48,284 nt of DNA from Minisyncoccia bacterium (GCA_041623915.1 JBFJWB010000001.1:1-48284), one strand, 5' to 3'; positions 18,435 to 27,602 are shown, counted from the stretch's first letter. Numbers and translations: made by a program. Notes: generated by a model not told the origin, from the sequence alone.

Positions 18435-19511
18435 ATGAACGCAACAACATCTCTTCCACCGCCAGCATTTTTCAACCCGAAAAACGCCGGTGACTGGAAC
18501 TATAGCCCGGATCAGCGCGCCATCTATATGGCCGCCGATGACATTCGGCAGAGTGCCGGGCTGAAGGCCGCTACGACTGACTGTAAGAAGGTGCATTTGC
18601 TCCTGATTGATGTCCAGAAGGACTTCTGCCTACCCGGTGGAACGCTCTATGTGGGCGGACGGTCGGGAACGGGAGCTGTTGATGACTCACGCAGGATCGC
18701 GGAATTCATTTACCGCAATCTCAATGTCATTTCCAGCATAACGACGACTTTGGATACGCACTTCGCGTTCCAGATCTTCTCTCCCGCGTTCTGGCAGGAT
18801 CAGGACGGTGCGCCACTGTTGCCGTTTGACAATGTCACGGGCGACCTGACGGTCCTCCGTGCTGGTCAACCGGCCGGTAAGGCGACGCCGAGCCCGCTCG
18901 CAGCCGCGGTCGTGGCCAATGGCAACCTTGCCTGGCTCCAAAAGCAGGCGGCCTATTACTGTCGCATGCTCGAGGAAGGCGGAAAGTACCAGCTCACGAT
19001 CTGGCCGGAGCATTGCATCCTGGGATCTGACGGGCACGCGCTCACCGGCGTCATCCACGAAGCGCGCATGTACCATGCGTTTGCGCGTGGCGCCCAGAGC
19101 CTCTCCGAGGTAAAGGGCGGGAATCCGCTCACCGAGTGCTATTCAGTGCTCGGTGCGGAAGTGCGCACCCGCTTCGATGGTCAACCGCTCGCCCAGAAGA
19201 ACGTCAAGTTCATTCAGACGCTGTTCACTGATGACTATGTGGTCATCGGCGGCCAGGCGGCTAGTCATTGTGTGAAGTCGTCAATCGAAGATCTGCTGGA
19301 TGAAATCCTGGCGAAGGACCCGGTGCTCGCACGCAAGGTCTATGTGATGAGGGACTGCATGTCCTCTGTCACTGTTCCGGATGGAAACGGCGGTTTCATC
19401 GCCGACTTCACGCCGGAAGCCGAGCAGGCGCTCGACAAGTTCGCAAATGCCGGTATGCATGTTGTGGAAAGCACGATGTCTATGGCCGACTGGCCGGACT
19501 TCAATCTGTAA
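18435..19511 (+). CDS. pncA: Nicotinamidase (isochorismatase superfamily), long form
   Basis: RBS AAGGAG. Motifs LLLIDVQKDF, LDTH and WPEHCILGSDGHAL (nicotinamidase WPxHC signature). Catalytic Cys in GGQAASHCVKSS. Confidence 0.8.
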   Translation: MNATTSLPPPAFFNPKNAGDWNYSPDQRAIYMAADDIRQSAGLKAATTDCKKVHLLLIDVQKDFCLPGGTLYVGGRSGTGAVDDSRRIAEFIYRNLNVISSITTTLDTHFAFQIFSPAFWQDQDGAPLLPFDNVTGDLTVLRAGQPAGKATPSPLAAAVVANGNLAWLQKQAAYYCRMLEEGGKYQLTIWPEHCILGSDGHALTGVIHEARMYHAFARGAQSLSEVKGGNPLTECYSVLGAEVRTRFDGQPLAQKNVKFIQTLFTDDYVVIGGQAASHCVKSSIEDLLDEILAKDPVLARKVYVMRDCMSSVTVPDGNGGFIADFTPEAEQALDKFANAGMHVVESTMSMADWPDFNL

Positions 19512-19568
19512 CCCGGTGCCGATAGTCGCGAAGCGCGGCTATCGGCCCATCAACCAAGGAGCACTCAC

Positions 19569-20354
19569 ATGAGTGAAGCAACAGTAGAAAACCTCTTCTC
19601 AGGAGCAGCATCCATAGGAATGCTGGGCCCGGAAGCTCTGGAAGCAGTCGACATCGAAGATCTCGGCGAGCAGATCCAGGCCGGGCTTGGCATCTCACCT
19701 GATGATGTTCAGGCGAGCGAAGTCACTCTGGTGGCACTGCTCATCGACGACTCGAGTTCCATTCGTTTCGCCGGTCACACCGACTTGGTGCGGGAAGGTC
19801 ACAACCTGATCGTCTCGTCACTGGCGGAAACCAAGCAGAAGGACAGCATCCTGATTCACAATCGTTACCTGAATGGGCAGATTCTGTATCCATTCGTTCA
19901 AGTTGGTGACGCCGAACAGATGGATACGTCCAACTACGACCCGGTCGGGGGTACGCCTTTGTACGATCAGGCTGTCGCTCTGCTAGCCACCGTGGCAGCA
20001 AAGTGTCAGGAATTTGCCAACAGTGGCGTTCCGGCGCGTGCTGTCATTGCCTGGATTACCGACGGTGCCGACCAGCATTCGCTTAAGTCGGCGCAAGACG
20101 TTGCCGTGGTGGCGAAGGATCTCCTCATGCAGGAGACCTTCATCATCATCGGTATGGGCATCAGCGATGGTGGTCAGACGGACTTCCGTGAGGTGTTCCG
20201 GAACATGGGTGTTGAGGACGAATGGATTTTGACACCCGGCAATTCACCGAGCGAGATCCGAAAGGCGTTTGCCATGGTTTCGCAATCGTCGGTGCAAGCG
20301 AGTCAGGGTGCGCAGTCCTTCAGCGAAACTGCGATGGGTGGCTTCGGGAGTTAA
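19569..20354 (+). CDS. von Willebrand factor A domain protein (TerY-like)
   Basis: MIDAS motif in VALLIDDSSSI, later TDGADQHS. About 260 aa, a size typical of TerY-like vWA proteins. Confidence 0.8.
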   Translation: MSEATVENLFSGAASIGMLGPEALEAVDIEDLGEQIQAGLGISPDDVQASEVTLVALLIDDSSSIRFAGHTDLVREGHNLIVSSLAETKQKDSILIHNRYLNGQILYPFVQVGDAEQMDTSNYDPVGGTPLYDQAVALLATVAAKCQEFANSGVPARAVIAWITDGADQHSLKSAQDVAVVAKDLLMQETFIIIGMGISDGGQTDFREVFRNMGVEDEWILTPGNSPSEIRKAFAMVSQSSVQASQGAQSFSETAMGGFGS

Positions 20355-20528
20355 TTCCGAAGTCTTGGTTTTTGTTCTTCTCTGGGCAACAGGGAGAGCG
20401 TCATGCTCTCCCTTCCCAGATTGAGATTCCTTTTGGAATCTCCTTTATGGAGTGCTTGAGTTATGCTCGAGCCCTCCTCAAGGAGATTTTTTCAGTTCTT
20501 TTCAAACATCATATACGTGGAGGTCATC

Positions 20529-22370
20529 ATGACACACACGCTTGACATCAAAGTTGCTGTGGCACAGATGCGCCCCATGATCAGTGCTATTCGTCACAAT
20601 GTTGACTGTATATTGAAGCAGATTCGGGAAGCGCACATCGGTGGCGCTGATATCATTGTCTTTCCAGAACTCGCCACATCTGGCTATGTTCTGGGCGACC
20701 GATGGGAGCAGGAGGCTCTCATTCGCGAGATCGAAGCTCTCGACGAGGAGATCCGTGCAGCAAGCATGGGTATCATTGTAGTTTGGGGTTCAGTTAAAGT
20801 CGATTGGCAGAAAATCGGCGAGGATGGTCGTGTCCGCAAATACAATGTGGCGCGGATTGCCGCAAATGGAACGTGGGTATCAAATGGGTTGCTCGACGGG
20901 TGGATCCCCAAGACCAACCTGCCCAAGTATCGGATCTTCGACGACGCACGCCACTTCTATACGAGTGCAAATCTCGCAGCGGAGATGGGGTGCAAGGTCG
21001 ATGAACTGCTCCGGGTTTTCTCGGTTCAGTGTAGGGGCAAAAACCTGTCGCTTGCGCTCACGATCTGCGAGGATCTCTGGGAGGATGAATATCTCACCAA
21101 GCCCTCGCGCATTTATGGCGCACAGTGTCCTGATCTGCTGATCGACATCTCGGCCTCGCCTTGGACGGCGGGCAAGTGTATGGCACGTGATCGTATGCTT
21201 GTGCGCCGTGTGCAGGACTCGGGTCTCCCGATTCTGTATGTGAACGCTGTAGGACTTGAGAACAACACCAAGAACCTTATTTGGTTCGATGGTGATTCAG
21301 CGTTCGTCAATACCGAAGGAGCTATTATTTGGCGTGCACCACAGCACAGTTCAGGGTTGTTCTATGCTGAGCTTGCGGGGACTCAACAAGTAGTTCCCGA
21401 GCGGTTGTCCGGCGTTGCCGAGATTCATGGAGCACTCGTTTCAGCCATGCGCGAGTTCTTTGGTCCGTTCAATAGAGTCGTCATCGGATTATCTGGTGGC
21501 ATCGATTCTGCGGTCTCGGCTGCGCTTTTGGTTGAAGCACTGGGTCCTGAGAAGGTGTTGGCAGTCAACATGCCGACGATGTTTAACTCGACTACGACGC
21601 AACGGTTGGCAGCACAGTGTGCAGGAAATTTGGGTATCGAGTATCATGTAGTACCGATACAACAGCTTCTTGATACCCACTGTGCAGCGCTGACTACTGC
21701 TGGCTTTACTTATCCGGAGGGTTTAGTTCTGGAGAATATCCAGGCTCGTATTCGTGGAGCAGGTATCCAGGCGACCTTGGCGCAGATGGAGGGTGGCGTG
21801 TTTGTCTGTAACGGCAACAAAACCGAAGTGGCTCTCAACTACTTCACGCTGTATGGCGATGGAGCGGGTGCCGCAGCGTTCCTTGCGGATCTTTGGAAGG
21901 GGCAGGTTTACGAGCTTGCACGGTTTTTGAATCAGCGTGCTGGTCAGGAACTGATTCCGGAAGGAATCCTAACATTAGTGCCTTCAGCAGAACTCTCAGA
22001 AGAGCAGAACGTCGAGGAAGGGAAAGGGGACCCAATCTTCTATCCTTACCATGACAAGCTCCTTCGGGCGTTCACGGAGAGGCGCTGGGACCCAACAACG
22101 GTTCTTGCGTACGCGATCGCAAACGATCTTGAGGCACAACTCGGTTGTGAACCAGGAACGCTTGGCGCATTCTTCTCCACTCGAGCGGCTTTTGTAGAAA
22201 ACCTCGAGTGGGCATGGGAGTGTTACAGTGTCGAGTTTAAACGCGCACAAACACCACCAGTGTTTCTCGCATCGCGTCGCGCCTTCGGTTTTGATCGCCG
22301 TGATACGATTTCAGCGGGGTATCTCACGGAAGAGTATCGTACTCTCAAGGCGCGCTATCTGTCTGCCTAA
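20529..22370 (+). CDS. nadE: Glutamine-dependent NAD+ synthetase (CN-hydrolase domain plus NAD synthase domain)
   Basis: RBS GGAGG. The N-terminal nitrilase-like domain has FPELATSGY and LTICEDLW. The PP-loop is GLSGGIDSAVSA in the C-terminal half. Confidence 0.9.
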   Translation: MTHTLDIKVAVAQMRPMISAIRHNVDCILKQIREAHIGGADIIVFPELATSGYVLGDRWEQEALIREIEALDEEIRAASMGIIVVWGSVKVDWQKIGEDGRVRKYNVARIAANGTWVSNGLLDGWIPKTNLPKYRIFDDARHFYTSANLAAEMGCKVDELLRVFSVQCRGKNLSLALTICEDLWEDEYLTKPSRIYGAQCPDLLIDISASPWTAGKCMARDRMLVRRVQDSGLPILYVNAVGLENNTKNLIWFDGDSAFVNTEGAIIWRAPQHSSGLFYAELAGTQQVVPERLSGVAEIHGALVSAMREFFGPFNRVVIGLSGGIDSAVSAALLVEALGPEKVLAVNMPTMFNSTTTQRLAAQCAGNLGIEYHVVPIQQLLDTHCAALTTAGFTYPEGLVLENIQARIRGAGIQATLAQMEGGVFVCNGNKTEVALNYFTLYGDGAGAAAFLADLWKGQVYELARFLNQRAGQELIPEGILTLVPSAELSEEQNVEEGKGDPIFYPYHDKLLRAFTERRWDPTTVLAYAIANDLEAQLGCEPGTLGAFFSTRAAFVENLEWAWECYSVEFKRAQTPPVFLASRRAFGFDRRDTISAGYLTEEYRTLKARYLSA

Positions 22371-22385
22371 CCACGTTATGTTTGA

Positions 22386-22494
22386 ATGCCAGGGGAAAGG
22401 ATTCCCCTGGCATCTCTCTTAATGCGATATCCATCGCATTAGTGATATGGGCCGAACTTAATTCGACCCATATCACTGTTTCGATGGGAAACAG
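22386..22494 (+). promoter_or_regulatory. Array of four consecutive perfect hairpins between nadE and pncB, the last followed by a T-run
   Basis: Stems are 12 bp (22386-22413), 9 bp (22420-22441), 10 bp (22442-22476) and 7 bp (22476-22494), then TTCTTTTT. Confidence 0.4.
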
Positions 22495-22557
22495 AGTTCT
22501 TTTTAACGTTAATCCTATACACTCATCAGTTGTCCTGCATAAGGCAAGGAGGAGGTC

Positions 22558-23931
22558 ATGACAGACTTCATTCAACGAGTTCTGCGTCCTGAACGCCCGG
22601 ACTGGATCATTCGTTCACTCTTGGATGTGGACTTCTACAAGTTCACCATGGGGTATTTCATTCATCGTTTTTTTCCGGAGGTACAAGTTACGTTTCGCTT
22701 CATAAACCGACACCCGCACATTCCAGTTGCTGAGCTAGTGGACGAGGACGAATTGCGTGCCCAATTGGATCACGTACGTACACTTCGTTTTCGCCGCACC
22801 GATATTTACTACCTTCGGGGTATGGATGTCTATGGTGAGGCGATGTTCTCGCGTGAATATCTGGATTTTCTGGCTGGGTTGAAACTCCCGCCCTATACAC
22901 TGGACCGTCGTGGTGACCAGTACGAGATTCAATTTACTGGCACATGGGCAGAGGTTACTTTTTGGGAAACCATTGCCATGGCAATCGTCAATGAACTTGT
23001 ATACCGTACTTTGCTACAGGGCATGGCAGAAGACCGTTCCACTGGTGAATCTGGTCTCCAGATTCTATACGCTCGTGCTACCGACAAGCTATACCACAAG
23101 TTGCAACGACTTGCGGAGAATCCGTCGATCCATTTTGCTGATTTCGGCAAACGTCGCCGGCACAGTTTTCTGTGGCAGCAGTTTGCCATCGAAATGGCGG
23201 AAGAGGTCGTTGGGCAGGGTCTCACTGGTGTCTCGAACACCTGGATGGCTTTCAACAAGGATCTGGTCCCAATCGGAACCAATGCGCATGAACTGCCTAT
23301 GGTGCTTACTGCACTTGCAGATACCAACAACGCGAAGCGTGATGCGCAGTACATGGTTCTTGAAGCTTGGGGGAATCTGTTTCCGCAGAATGCACTCCGC
23401 ATTATGTTGCCGGACACTTACGGCACGGAACAGTTCTTCTCTGGAATGTCGGAAGACATGGCTCATGAGGTTTCGCACGCCTGGCGTGGGTTGCGTGGCG
23501 ATTCCGGCGATTTGGTTGTGGAAGGTGAACGCTACATCAAGTGGCTCACTCAACACGGTGTTGATCCCAAGGAAAAGCTCTACATTCCGTCTGACGGATT
23601 GGATGTAGAGGGTATCCTCAAGCTTAACCAAGCGCTCGGCGGTCGTGTTCAACTCGCATATGGATGGGGCACGAAGTTCACCAACGACTTCGAGAGTTGC
23701 CATCCACACGGAAACGAACCGGCGGTTGTCAATGGTAAAAAGCTCCATCTCACCTGGGATCAGTTGCTTCGTGGGCATTCATTTGTTTGCAAAGTTGCAT
23801 CGGCAGACGATAAACCCGCCGTGAAGCTAAGCAACAATGTCAACAAAGCTACGGGTCCTGTAGCTGAAATTGACCGGTACCTGCGTGTCTTCGGCGAGAA
23901 AGGACGTCTTCAGCAGAGGGTTGAAGTGTAG
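22558..23931 (+). CDS. pncB: Nicotinate phosphoribosyltransferase
   Basis: RBS AAGGAGGAGG. N-terminal LLDVDFYKFTMGY, GTNAHELPM and RGDSGD motifs of NAPRTase. Confidence 0.9.
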   Translation: MTDFIQRVLRPERPDWIIRSLLDVDFYKFTMGYFIHRFFPEVQVTFRFINRHPHIPVAELVDEDELRAQLDHVRTLRFRRTDIYYLRGMDVYGEAMFSREYLDFLAGLKLPPYTLDRRGDQYEIQFTGTWAEVTFWETIAMAIVNELVYRTLLQGMAEDRSTGESGLQILYARATDKLYHKLQRLAENPSIHFADFGKRRRHSFLWQQFAIEMAEEVVGQGLTGVSNTWMAFNKDLVPIGTNAHELPMVLTALADTNNAKRDAQYMVLEAWGNLFPQNALRIMLPDTYGTEQFFSGMSEDMAHEVSHAWRGLRGDSGDLVVEGERYIKWLTQHGVDPKEKLYIPSDGLDVEGILKLNQALGGRVQLAYGWGTKFTNDFESCHPHGNEPAVVNGKKLHLTWDQLLRGHSFVCKVASADDKPAVKLSNNVNKATGPVAEIDRYLRVFGEKGRLQQRVEV

Positions 23932-23959
23932 GCCTAACGTTCATTTGCGTTCTTTTAAC

Positions 23960-23991
23960 AAAACGCTCCGATTTCGATTGGAGCGTTTTTA
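23960..23991 (+). terminator. Rho-independent terminator closing the NAD/TerY-P-like operon
   Basis: AAACGCTCC-loop-GGAGCGTTT followed by TT. Confidence 0.75.
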
Positions 23992-24023
23992 TAATTACAC
24001 AGACACACTATGCATGAAGCCGA

Positions 24024-25340
24024 TCACTTTAAATCAATATTCTTTTTGGTTAAAACAATGCTACTCCTTAAGCATCCAAGCAGTTCACGTTTTTCCGTAT
24101 TCAAACCTTCTTTCAAGAGATACTTTGCGTAGTTTCGTATTTCTATAGAGAATATAGAAATATTTTCCCTTTTCCCCAACAGTGCGTATTGAAATTTCTT
24201 GTGTCGTGCAACTTCCTCCTTTATTTTCTCTTTAACTCCAATCTCGTTTATATCAATTTTGTCCAGCAGATATTCAAACTGATTTAGGAGGTCTTTCTCG
24301 TTTATGTAACCACATTTACAGTTTTTATCCTTCGATTTCGAACAACCATAATAAACATACCTATGAATGTTGCCGTTCTTTTGCTTCTTGAATTTCTCAT
24401 CAGCAGTAATTCCAGAGCCACAGAGACCGCAGGTCATTAATTTCGTAAATGCAAACTCCTTGCCTTCGGACCGAACAAATTGACTCTTTATTTGCTTTTG
24501 AGCGGCGTCGAATAGCTCTTTGGTGATAATTGGTTCATGCTTGCCTTGATACCAATTACCAGATTTCTTTGGGTACTCAAAAGTACCGTAATAGAAGTGA
24601 TTTTGAAGAATGACGTAGATATTACTGAGAGTCAGATTCTTGTTTCCGTTTACCGTCCTAAAATTCAAATCAAACTTCAGCCAGTGATATATCTTCCGAC
24701 CACTCCATTTCTCATAGGCGACCTTTTCATACATCTGCTTGACGATCGGTGCTCGGTCTGGATCAATAAGCGTTTCACACTTTCTGTCCACTCGCTTTTC
24801 TTTAAGATAACCAGTCGGAGCGGGCGCTGGCCACAATCCCATTTCTACCCGCGTCTTTAACCCACGTTTTACATTGATACTCTTGTTATCGTTTTCAAGC
24901 TTTGCCTGGCTACACAGGATCATCAGAAGGAACTTTTCGTTTGGTGAGTTATGGAAGTGTTGCCCATGCGTTCGTATGTCGATAAGAAATTTCTGATCCA
25001 TAAGATCGACGACTGACCCTAGATCACCAGCATTTCTGCTCAATCGATCGGGTGCCCAAGCAAGGATGCCGGTATATCGACCTCTTTGTATGTCTTCTAG
25101 GATCTCTTTGAAAACTGGTCGTTGTCCCGAATCTTTTGCTGAATGGGCTTCGCGCCTTATATCAACAACATCAAGGTTTTCTCTTTCGGCTATGGCAAGC
25201 ATTTCTTTCACCTGTGATTCAATAGAAAGTGCTTGTTTCTCATCCTGCTCGGTCGACTTTCTTGCATAGAGCACATACTTTACTTTCTCCACCGGCGTAG
25301 CCGGGTGAGACACCACGGGTGTATTGATTTGTGTATTCAT
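24024..25340 (-). CDS. Large serine recombinase (phage-type integrase)
   Basis: Resolvase catalytic domain YVLYARKSTEQDEKQALSIESQ...AWAPDRLSRN, a recombinase domain, and a Zn-ribbon CGLCGS...YVYYGC. The start is taken at MNTQINT (25340) because the upstream 60 codons look non-coding. Confidence 0.9.
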   Translation of the reverse strand: MNTQINTPVVSHPATPVEKVKYVLYARKSTEQDEKQALSIESQVKEMLAIAERENLDVVDIRREAHSAKDSGQRPVFKEILEDIQRGRYTGILAWAPDRLSRNAGDLGSVVDLMDQKFLIDIRTHGQHFHNSPNEKFLLMILCSQAKLENDNKSINVKRGLKTRVEMGLWPAPAPTGYLKEKRVDRKCETLIDPDRAPIVKQMYEKVAYEKWSGRKIYHWLKFDLNFRTVNGNKNLTLSNIYVILQNHFYYGTFEYPKKSGNWYQGKHEPIITKELFDAAQKQIKSQFVRSEGKEFAFTKLMTCGLCGSGITADEKFKKQKNGNIHRYVYYGCSKSKDKNCKCGYINEKDLLNQFEYLLDKIDINEIGVKEKIKEEVARHKKFQYALLGKRENISIFSIEIRNYAKYLLKEGLNTEKRELLGCLRSSIVLTKKNIDLK

Positions 25341-25653
25341 AGGCCACCATTGATGCCAGAGATGGTGGGGAAGTAAAGAGCGCTGTCTCCATCTCCATGG
25401 CTTAGCAAAATAGGCCTTCTGCGATAGTATAGGGTCGTGGTGTTGTGAGGCACCACGTTGTTGGAGAACTCCCGACAGCGGCCTAACCCTCAAGTGTTTC
25501 GCTTGAGATATGGCCTTCAAAACGCTGTAGATAGAAAACCCGTCATCAGGGCGTCTACAGCGTTATAGGGGGAAACTCCTATAGACCCGCAAGGGTTCCT
25601 GGTGGCGGGTTTTGTGATACCCGCTTCCTGGATTTATCCGATAAAAGACTCGC

Positions 25654-26127
25654 ATGGAAAATCAGGAAGCAACAAAAAAGAAGATTTATAAGAAATGGTG
25701 GTTTTGGGTGATTGTGGTACTTGTGCTTGCGGCAATCGGCAATACAAGCAGTGAGTCTGTGTCGCAAGGCAATCTTCAGTCTGGAGAAGCAATATCTCAA
25801 CAGCCACGAGAAGCGATTGTGGTCACAGCGCTCAAGTTGTATACCGATTACGATGCAAATGAAGTTGCTGCAGACGCAAAGTACAAAGGCAACCTCGTTC
25901 GTGTTTCGGGCACGGTAGGATCTATCGGTAAAGACGTGCTCGACACACCGTACGTCACGCTTTCTGCGGACCAGTACGATTTCAAGTCCGTACAGTGTAT
26001 GTTCGGTACGAAGGATTCCGCAGTTCTCGCAGAACTCTCAAAGGGTCAGCAAGTAACTCTTGAGGGTGAAGTGTCAGGAAAGAGCCTCACCAATGTTCTT
26101 GTACGATCTTGTCGCGTTGTTAACTAG
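25654..26127 (+). CDS. Membrane-anchored OB-fold (tRNA_anti-like) protein
   Basis: N-terminal TM WWFWVIVVLVLAAIG, then LYTDYDANEVAADAKYKGNLVRVSGTVGSI...VQCMF, which resembles the tRNA_anti-like OB-fold family. Confidence 0.5.
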   Translation: MENQEATKKKIYKKWWFWVIVVLVLAAIGNTSSESVSQGNLQSGEAISQQPREAIVVTALKLYTDYDANEVAADAKYKGNLVRVSGTVGSIGKDVLDTPYVTLSADQYDFKSVQCMFGTKDSAVLAELSKGQQVTLEGEVSGKSLTNVLVRSCRVVN

Positions 26128-27602
26128 TACCGATCAAACTCGATAAAGTAGATACGTGGCACCGATGGCTGATGCATCATTGCTGACGACACGAGCAGTG
26201 AGAACGCGTCTGCCAGGTCATCGTGCTTCTCAACGCCGAAATGGACGATTTGCTGAATAAGTTGTTCTGCGCCCGTGCGTGGGAACAAGATTCGCCCTGA
26301 TTTAATCAAGCTAGACGTCAACATGAGGCGACTGCGCTTGTCGGCAGTTGGTCGTATCGCCAACACATTAGTGATCCCTTCTTCTTTAAGTTGTTGCGCC
26401 AGTGCTTCTTGGTACCCCACATTCTCAATAGCAAATGTGACATTACGTTCTTCATCTTTGTACGTTTGGTGGACAACCTTACACTTCTCAATAGTTTCTG
26501 GAAAGGAAAATCGCTTGTTCACTATCTTCGGGAGAATATAGATGTTGTATCCTCCTGATTCACTCTCTACCAACAGTGCGGGTACTATCGCTGTGTAGTC
26601 CGCGGTGTCTCGTTTTGAGATAGCTAGATCAATGCCAACCCGTATCTCCATGTGGGTTAGGTATCCACCGAATACCGGCTTCGGTTTAGGAAGTTCATCA
26701 TAGTAGTGGATCCATTGTGGATGTATAACCTGATCTTCGTCAGGGACGATGTTCAGCAGATACTCGCGTTGCCACGCGTACTCATTGGCAGCCTTGCGCC
26801 GCTCCTCTTCCACATCGTCCATGGTTGGATATTTGCCGGGCCAAAGAATAGTTTGACCAACGAGAAGGGCATAGGACTTAAACATCCCATTAATCTTCTC
26901 ATTCTCTATGTCTTCTTTGAGTCGCATGATGAGCGAATCTTCATGGAGCAAGTTTCCAACTACGATAAGGCGTGTTGTACGGTCGCCCGCAGGGATTACT
27001 TCACCGGTAAGCCATTCGTACGTTTTGTTGCGTTCCTCACGCGTTTTGGTGGATGCAATGTCTTCCAAGTCATCACCAATGATAAGGTCTGGACGATATT
27101 GATTGTGGCGGAGACCGCGAATACTTTGTTCGGTTGATACTGCAGTAATACGAGCATTGTGTTCTGCAAACACCAAAGACGTTGCGCCCCACTCGTTGCT
27201 TTCTTCTTTGAATGGACCCAAGTCATTTTTTAATAGGGCATTGCTCTCAAGCTCTCGGCGTAGGTTCATCATGTGCTGTCTCGCTTGAGCCTGAGTCTGC
27301 GACAGAATCAGCACGAACTTCTTTTGTTGTTTTCCGAGAATCGCCCAGAGTGGATACGACATAGTGAATATGGTTGATTTTGCAGACCCACGGAACGCCA
27401 CCACCACAAGGTTTTTGATATCCTCCCGTTCTGAGAGGTGCAAGAGTTCTCGCTGGAACTCCGCGGTTGGATATTTGATGTAGTGGGCGAAGTAGAAGTG
27501 GAAGAAGAACCAGTGGCTTTCTTTAGTTATTGCCGCTCGTACTTTTCGGTCTTTCAGCATCGTTTCCACTAATTTCGGATCGATTGTGTTGTTCTGTTGC
27601 AC
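26124..27602 (-). CDS. terL: Phage terminase large subunit
   Basis: Walker A-like AFRGSAKST, Walker B-like DLIIGDDLED, C-terminal nuclease-like HDDLADAF. Size and order are typical of TerL. Confidence 0.7.
   Translation of the reverse strand: MQQNNTIDPKLVETMLKDRKVRAAITKESHWFFFHFYFAHYIKYPTAEFQRELLHLSEREDIKNLVVVAFRGSAKSTIFTMSYPLWAILGKQQKKFVLILSQTQAQARQHMMNLRRELESNALLKNDLGPFKEESNEWGATSLVFAEHNARITAVSTEQSIRGLRHNQYRPDLIIGDDLEDIASTKTREERNKTYEWLTGEVIPAGDRTTRLIVVGNLLHEDSLIMRLKEDIENEKINGMFKSYALLVGQTILWPGKYPTMDDVEEERRKAANEYAWQREYLLNIVPDEDQVIHPQWIHYYDELPKPKPVFGGYLTHMEIRVGIDLAISKRDTADYTAIVPALLVESESGGYNIYILPKIVNKRFSFPETIEKCKVVHQTYKDEERNVTFAIENVGYQEALAQQLKEEGITNVLAIRPTADKRSRLMLTSSLIKSGRILFPRTGAEQLIQQIVHFGVEKHDDLADAFSLLVSSAMMHQPSVPRIYFIEFDRY

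Noticed and set aside
20222-20545. A 107-aa ORF spanning the vWA-nadE spacer.
   Set aside because: It overlaps the end of the vWA gene and the nadE start in other frames. The spacer is better explained by its two hairpins and the nadE RBS.
22371-22557. An NAD+ riboswitch upstream of pncB.
   Set aside because: I cannot recognise the conserved nucleotides of either known NAD+ riboswitch class by eye. It is kept only as an unexplained hairpin array, and an Infernal scan is needed.
22910-23778. ORFs of 162-232 aa overlapping pncB (22910-23608 +, 22929-23417 -, 23089-23778 -).
   Set aside because: pncB has an RBS and NAPRTase motifs along its full length. The overlapping frames have no motifs or RBS and are GC-composition artefacts.
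25341-25520. A 60-codon N-terminal extension of the serine recombinase ORF.
   Set aside because: The sequence (…HLWHQWWP…) is not resolvase-like. The catalytic domain begins about 20 residues after the Met at 25340, and the region is full of hairpins.
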